Source: Candidatus Poribacteria bacterium (GTDB lineage Bacteria > Poribacteria > WGA-4E > WGA-3G). From it: DNA of 64,000 nt. The stretch's first letter is position 1, and every line of letters begins with the position of its first letter. A model generated the notes under the pieces. It worked only from the letters and a program-made list of their open reading frames with translations. It did no database searches and had not been told where the DNA came from. Shown piece by piece: positions 59,549-64,000 of this stretch. The stretch is from contig OZ242029.1 in assembly GCA_965205015.1 (NCBI GenBank), forward strand, positions 2,656,001 through 2,720,000. Reading direction: 5' to 3'. Both the position numbers and the translations under genes were made by a program.

Positions 59549-60337
59549 ATGAAAAAAGGAATATGTATTGGGTCATTACCCGGTAATTCGACGGAGGCAC
59601 GATTTAAACTGGCGAAAGAAGCCGGTTTTGACGGCGTTGAAATCGGTACCCTCGTAAATGATGCTGACCGGTACGAGACGAAAGAGATCGCAACGCGGCA
59701 TCAATTGGAAGTGTTCAGTGTGATGAATAGCAAGCACTGGTCATGTCCACTTTCGGATGCAGATGACACGGTTCGTGCCGAATCGCGAGAAGGCATGCTT
59801 GACTCCATAGCGACGGCAACGGCTGTCGGTGCAGACGCGGTGTTACTCGTTCCTGCTGTTGTCAATGAAGCGACTCACTACGAAGCGGCGTATGAACGTT
59901 CACAGGCAGAAATTCGTAAACTGATTCCAGAGGCGTCAGAAAAAGGGATCACAATCGCTATTGAGAACGTTTGGAATAAATTTCTACTCAGTCCGATGGA
60001 ATTTTCACGGTATCTGGATGAATTTGAGGATGAGACGGTAACAGCCTATTTTGATGTCGGTAATATTGTACTTTACGGGTATCCACAACACTGGATCCGC
60101 TCTCTGGGTCGTCGGATTTCTAAAGTGCATATCAAAGGTTTCAACGCAAACGAGCAGCGATTCACGTATCTAATCGAAGACTGCACAATTGATTGGAACG
60201 CTGTCATGGCAGCCTTGGGAGATGTCGGGTATGATGACTACATGACTGCAGAGCTTCCCGTTGACGAAGACAATCCGGGGGGTCGGGTGCATGGTATCAG
60301 CGATGATATGGACAGGATTCTTGCGGGGAGCGTTTAG
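59549..60337 (+). CDS. Sugar phosphate isomerase/epimerase
   Basis: AGFDGVE, IENVWNKFL, YFDVGN, VHIK. Confidence 0.88.
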   Translation: MKKGICIGSLPGNSTEARFKLAKEAGFDGVEIGTLVNDADRYETKEIATRHQLEVFSVMNSKHWSCPLSDADDTVRAESREGMLDSIATATAVGADAVLLVPAVVNEATHYEAAYERSQAEIRKLIPEASEKGITIAIENVWNKFLLSPMEFSRYLDEFEDETVTAYFDVGNIVLYGYPQHWIRSLGRRISKVHIKGFNANEQRFTYLIEDCTIDWNAVMAALGDVGYDDYMTAELPVDEDNPGGRVHGISDDMDRILAGSV

Positions 60338-60385
60338 CACTAAACCCAAAAGGCTAACGCAATTGGAAAGTTCTTTAAAAAATAA

Positions 60386-61186
60386 ATGGAAATTATCATT
60401 CAACCGACTTATGCGCAACTTGTGGCGGTTTCAGCGGACATTATCCGAGACGCGCTTATAAAAAAGCCGAATCTCGTTTTGGGACTGGCTACGGGTAGCA
60501 CGCCGATCGGGCTTTATGAAGCCTTGGCACAGATGCACAAGAGAGAGGGACTCGATTTCTCAGCCGTGACGACTTTTAACTTAGATGAGTACGTCGGGAT
60601 TCCACCGAACCATCCGCATAGTTATCACACTTTCATGGAGACCCACTTTTTTAGCGCTGTTAATATCTCTGCCGAGAATCGCCATATTCCACAGAGTACG
60701 GCTGTCGCACACGAGGAATTTTGTGAGCAGTACGAAACCGCAATTGTAAACGCAGGTGGCATCGACATCCAAGTGCTCGGGATTGGAAAAGATGGGCACA
60801 TCGGTTTCAATGAACCGAGTTCATCTTTGGGATCTCGGACTCGCATCAAAACTTTGACGCAGAGTACGCTCGAGGCAAACGCGCCGCATTTCGGAGGGAC
60901 CGTGGCTGCAGTGCCCAAAATGGCGATTACGATGGGAGTAGGCACGATCATGGAAGCGCGACAGTGTCTGCTGCTGGCAAGTGGGGCATCGAAAGCGGAA
61001 GCGATTGCCCACGCGGTGGAGGGACCTATCACAGCGGAAGTACCAGCATCGGTGTTACAGATGCATCCCCGAGCGGTTGTCATCGTCGACGAAGAAGCGG
61101 CTTTGCAATTGAAACGCATAGATTATTATAAACAGGTTTATGCGAACAAGCAGAAACTGTTGTCTCAGGCATCAGCCGTCAGTTAA
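60386..61186 (+). CDS. nagB: Glucosamine-6-phosphate deaminase
   Basis: GLATGSTP, FNLDEY, LGIG.DGHIGFNEP, PASVLQMH. Confidence 0.95.
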   Translation: MEIIIQPTYAQLVAVSADIIRDALIKKPNLVLGLATGSTPIGLYEALAQMHKREGLDFSAVTTFNLDEYVGIPPNHPHSYHTFMETHFFSAVNISAENRHIPQSTAVAHEEFCEQYETAIVNAGGIDIQVLGIGKDGHIGFNEPSSSLGSRTRIKTLTQSTLEANAPHFGGTVAAVPKMAITMGVGTIMEARQCLLLASGASKAEAIAHAVEGPITAEVPASVLQMHPRAVVIVDEEAALQLKRIDYYKQVYANKQKLLSQASAVS

Positions 61187-61190
61187 GAGG

Positions 61191-62684
61191 TTATCGTTTA
61201 ACGGAGGTTTCTTTTTGCTGATGGTTTCCGACGGCTGGCTGCTCTGCATCGGACAGACCGTACTCTTTTACTTTCCGTTGGATTGTTCGTCGACTCACTT
61301 TGAGAATTTCTGCGGCTTTTGCCTTGTTATTGTCTACAGATTCAAGCGTTGCGCGCAGTGCTTCCCGGTTAATCTCATCAAGCGACATACCAACCTCTAC
61401 ATTTAAGCGTTGCCCACCATTATCGGCACTCACTTGCCAAACATCAGGCACCGTAGGGGCTGGGTAACCCAGCCCGTACTTTGAAAACTCTGTTCCTGTT
61501 GCTTTGAGAATACGTTCCGGCAGGTGAATCTGCTGGATTGTCGATTGGTTAGACATAACAACCATGCCTTCAATACAGTTTTTCAATTCGCGGACATTTC
61601 CTGGCCAATCATATTTCATCAATGTCCGAACCGCCTCTGGTGCAATCGTAATGAGAGACTTACCGTTCTGTTGGCTAAACTCTTCAAGGAAATCTTTAAC
61701 GAGCAAGGGAACATCTTCAATACGTTCCTGAAGTGTTGGAAGGTAGATAGGCACTACGTTAAGCCGATCATAGAGATCTGGGAGGAATTCTCGACTTCTG
61801 GAAGCGGTTTCCAAATCGTGATTCGTGGCGCACACAACACGGACATCAACCTGAATTGTCTTGTCACCACCGACCCGTTCAAATTCACGTTCTTCGAGGA
61901 CCCGCAAAAGACGAGCTTGATTGGATAGACTGAGTTGCGAGACTTCGTCAAGAAATAGGGTACCCCCGTGTGCGAGTTCAAATCTTCCGATGCGTTGATG
62001 ATACGCGCCACTAAACGCCCCGCGTTCGTGACCAAAGAGTTCAGATTCTGCGAGGTTTTCGTTTAGCGTTGCACAATTGAAGGCAATAAGAGAACCGCGT
62101 CGCAAACTGCGATGATGGATCGCACGGGCGACCAATTCTTTTCCCGTACCCCGTGCACCGTATATCATTACAGTCGCTTTTGTCGGTGCGATCTGCGTAA
62201 TCATGTCGCGAATTTTCGTGATCTGAGGCGACTTGCCTGTGAGACGACGTAATCCTTCTTTCTCATCTATTTGTGATTGTAATTGCCGATTTTCAAAAGC
62301 GAGACGTTGGTTTTCGAGGGTCCTCTGCAAAAGTGCCGCCAGATGGACAGGATTCACCGGCTTCGGTAGAAAAAAGGTGTCTTTATATGCCAGCATCGCT
62401 TTGATCCCAATATCGGTTTCCAGGATGTTAGGTTCTGTAATAAAAATCACACCGACATCGGGTTGATGTTGTGCTGCAGCATCGAGCAGTGTCAATCCAT
62501 CAATCCGTTCCGCTCTCAATTGTGCGATAAGAATATCTACCTCGAGGTGCTCAATATGATGAAACGCTTGATACATATTTCCTGTAACGACGAGATGCAA
62601 CCCTTGACCTGCGAGTGTTTCACAAACAAGTTCTCGTTCCGTCCTGTCGGCATCTACAATAAGGACTGTTTTTTGCGTGTTCAT
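61191..62684 (-). CDS. Sigma-54 enhancer-binding protein with degenerate receiver domain
   Basis: [34 protein letters not shown]; receiver lacks the phospho-Asp. Confidence 0.88.
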   Translation of the reverse strand: MNTQKTVLIVDADRTERELVCETLAGQGLHLVVTGNMYQAFHHIEHLEVDILIAQLRAERIDGLTLLDAAAQHQPDVGVIFITEPNILETDIGIKAMLAYKDTFFLPKPVNPVHLAALLQRTLENQRLAFENRQLQSQIDEKEGLRRLTGKSPQITKIRDMITQIAPTKATVMIYGARGTGKELVARAIHHRSLRRGSLIAFNCATLNENLAESELFGHERGAFSGAYHQRIGRFELAHGGTLFLDEVSQLSLSNQARLLRVLEEREFERVGGDKTIQVDVRVVCATNHDLETASRSREFLPDLYDRLNVVPIYLPTLQERIEDVPLLVKDFLEEFSQQNGKSLITIAPEAVRTLMKYDWPGNVRELKNCIEGMVVMSNQSTIQQIHLPERILKATGTEFSKYGLGYPAPTVPDVWQVSADNGGQRLNVEVGMSLDEINREALRATLESVDNNKAKAAEILKVSRRTIQRKVKEYGLSDAEQPAVGNHQQKETSVKR

Positions 62685-62856
62685 GGTCGGAGCACCTTCC
62701 AAAATCCCAGATTTTCCACTCAAGGCATTTTGTAAAAAAAATCTTTGTTTAAAATTGCAAATTCATGTAAACTATAAAATCATCAAAATCTTCAGTATAT
62801 TACGGTAGTCAATGCGTTACCCTCGTAGTACCTATAGACTCGACTGGCGTATTCCA

Positions 62857-62888
62857 CAAGCCCGATCTTTTAGGATAGGGTCACTGAC
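62857..62888 (+). mobile_element. Isolated IS200/IS605-type end hairpin
   Basis: CAAG-CCCGATCTTTTAGGATAGGG-TCAC-TGAC mirrors the right end at 14067-14098. Confidence 0.55.
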
Positions 62889-62952
62889 AATATACGATAG
62901 AATTATAATATCTGATACCCAGAATTTTATTTGCACTTTTTTGGAGGAATGA

Positions 62953-63600
62953 ATGGACAAAAAGCTCAGTTCTCTGTATAGACTCGGTGGCCTTACTGGT
63001 GGCTTGAGTGGCTTTCTCATGTTTGTTTCAAGTATTTGGTTTATTTTTGGTTTATCGACTCTTTCTTCGCTTCCATCAGAAGAACAACTTGAACTCATGG
63101 GAAGAATCGGAGTTTATCACGGAATAGGGGTCGTTTCAACCATTTTAATGGTGCCAATGCTATTAGCTGGATATGGTTTACTTTCTTCAGACGCTGGTTC
63201 CCGCAGTACTCTCGGAGCAAGCTTCGCTATCCCTTGGCTTATCATAGAATTGATAGCCCATTGTTCACAAACTGCTCCGTTAAACTCGCTCTCCGAACTT
63301 GCCGGTGAATCGACAACCGCGGCGATTAGCACGTCCTTCTACGCACTGTGGGCGGAGTGGGGTGAAGCACTTTTCATGACGGGTGCGTTCTTGTGTGCGC
63401 TTCTTGCAATTTGCTACGGTTCCGCGCTCCACTCGTGGGGGAATCCGGTTGCGGGTTATCTATTCTTTGCTTCAGGGATCGCCTTTCCAGTGGGGGCTCT
63501 TTTAGACTTCGGGATACAATTGCATGTGCTCATCCGGGGCATCGCGTTCCTGTTCTTTGCGGGTATCCTAATACAAGCACCAGATGAAGACGAGATATAG
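62953..63600 (+). CDS. Hypothetical membrane protein (about 6 TM)
   Basis: GGAGG RBS; multiple hydrophobic helices. Confidence 0.7.
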   Translation: MDKKLSSLYRLGGLTGGLSGFLMFVSSIWFIFGLSTLSSLPSEEQLELMGRIGVYHGIGVVSTILMVPMLLAGYGLLSSDAGSRSTLGASFAIPWLIIELIAHCSQTAPLNSLSELAGESTTAAISTSFYALWAEWGEALFMTGAFLCALLAICYGSALHSWGNPVAGYLFFASGIAFPVGALLDFGIQLHVLIRGIAFLFFAGILIQAPDEDEI

Positions 63601-63658
63601 TAGACGATAGCATTAAAACAACAGTCCTTTTCGCGTAAGGTTCTCATAGAACCTTACG

Positions 63659-64000
63659 CTATTCCTCGTCCTCATTTAGCAATCTCTCCAACTCTGCCAA
63701 GATATCTTCTTCGTCGCTGTCTGCCTCGGTGGTGTCTGCCTCGAGAGTCTCCAAATCGGATCGAAATTCTATAAGGTTGCTGAGATAACGTTCACGGGTA
63801 ATATTTTCTGCTTCACCGTGTTCCTCGCGTAAACATTCGCCACAGAACTCCCCGATCTGTTGAATTCCAGTATCGATATGTTGCAATGCTGTCGCTGTAT
63901 CGTCCTCTTGCAGGCTCAATTCTGCTTTGGCGATGCTGTGCATCATGAGCATGTAACCCTTGTACTGGTAACTCCGCCAAGCGATTTCGGATGGGGCACA
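63659..64000 (-). CDS. Hypothetical protein, 5' truncated by window edge
   Basis: Frame open from 64000 (CAPSEIAWRSYQYKGYMLMM...); acidic C-terminus. Confidence 0.65.
   Translation of the reverse strand, partial: CAPSEIAWRSYQYKGYMLMMHSIAKAELSLQEDDTATALQHIDTGIQQIGEFCGECLREEHGEAENITRERYLSNLIEFRSDLETLEADTTEADSDEEDILAELERLLNEDEE

Overview
64 kb of a bacterial chromosome. The gene content (six secreted proteins ending in a VEPxxKLxTxWxxxK tail, LamG tandem pairs, sulfatase, GH95, PhyH, ankyrin and TPR proteins) suggests a Candidatus Poribacteria-like sponge symbiont; this is inference, not a database result. Housekeeping genes (obgE-proB-proA, nfo, rfbB, nadD-yacG-yqeK-rsfS, thiI, rnhC, nagB) are mixed with catabolic enzymes and mobile-element debris: a frameshifted TnpB-only IS200/IS605 element, a 482-bp ORF-less IS605 derivative, an ISAs1 remnant and GTAG-type REPs. 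Main observation: two diverged copies of a ~400-nt non-coding element (34176-34575 minus; 55788-56202 plus) with many compensatory base-pair changes. Each splits the Shine-Dalgarno sequence of a LamG gene, while the adjacent paralog has the same leader with the site empty. This points to an RBS-targeting, structured-RNA insertion element that may act as a translational switch. Other observations: a covarying pseudoknotted leader shared by the tnpB element and the ORF-less derivative, acidic/Lys-rich paralog pairs with a shared C-terminal tail, and REP hairpins read in frame inside several genes. All alignments, folds and counts were done by eye.
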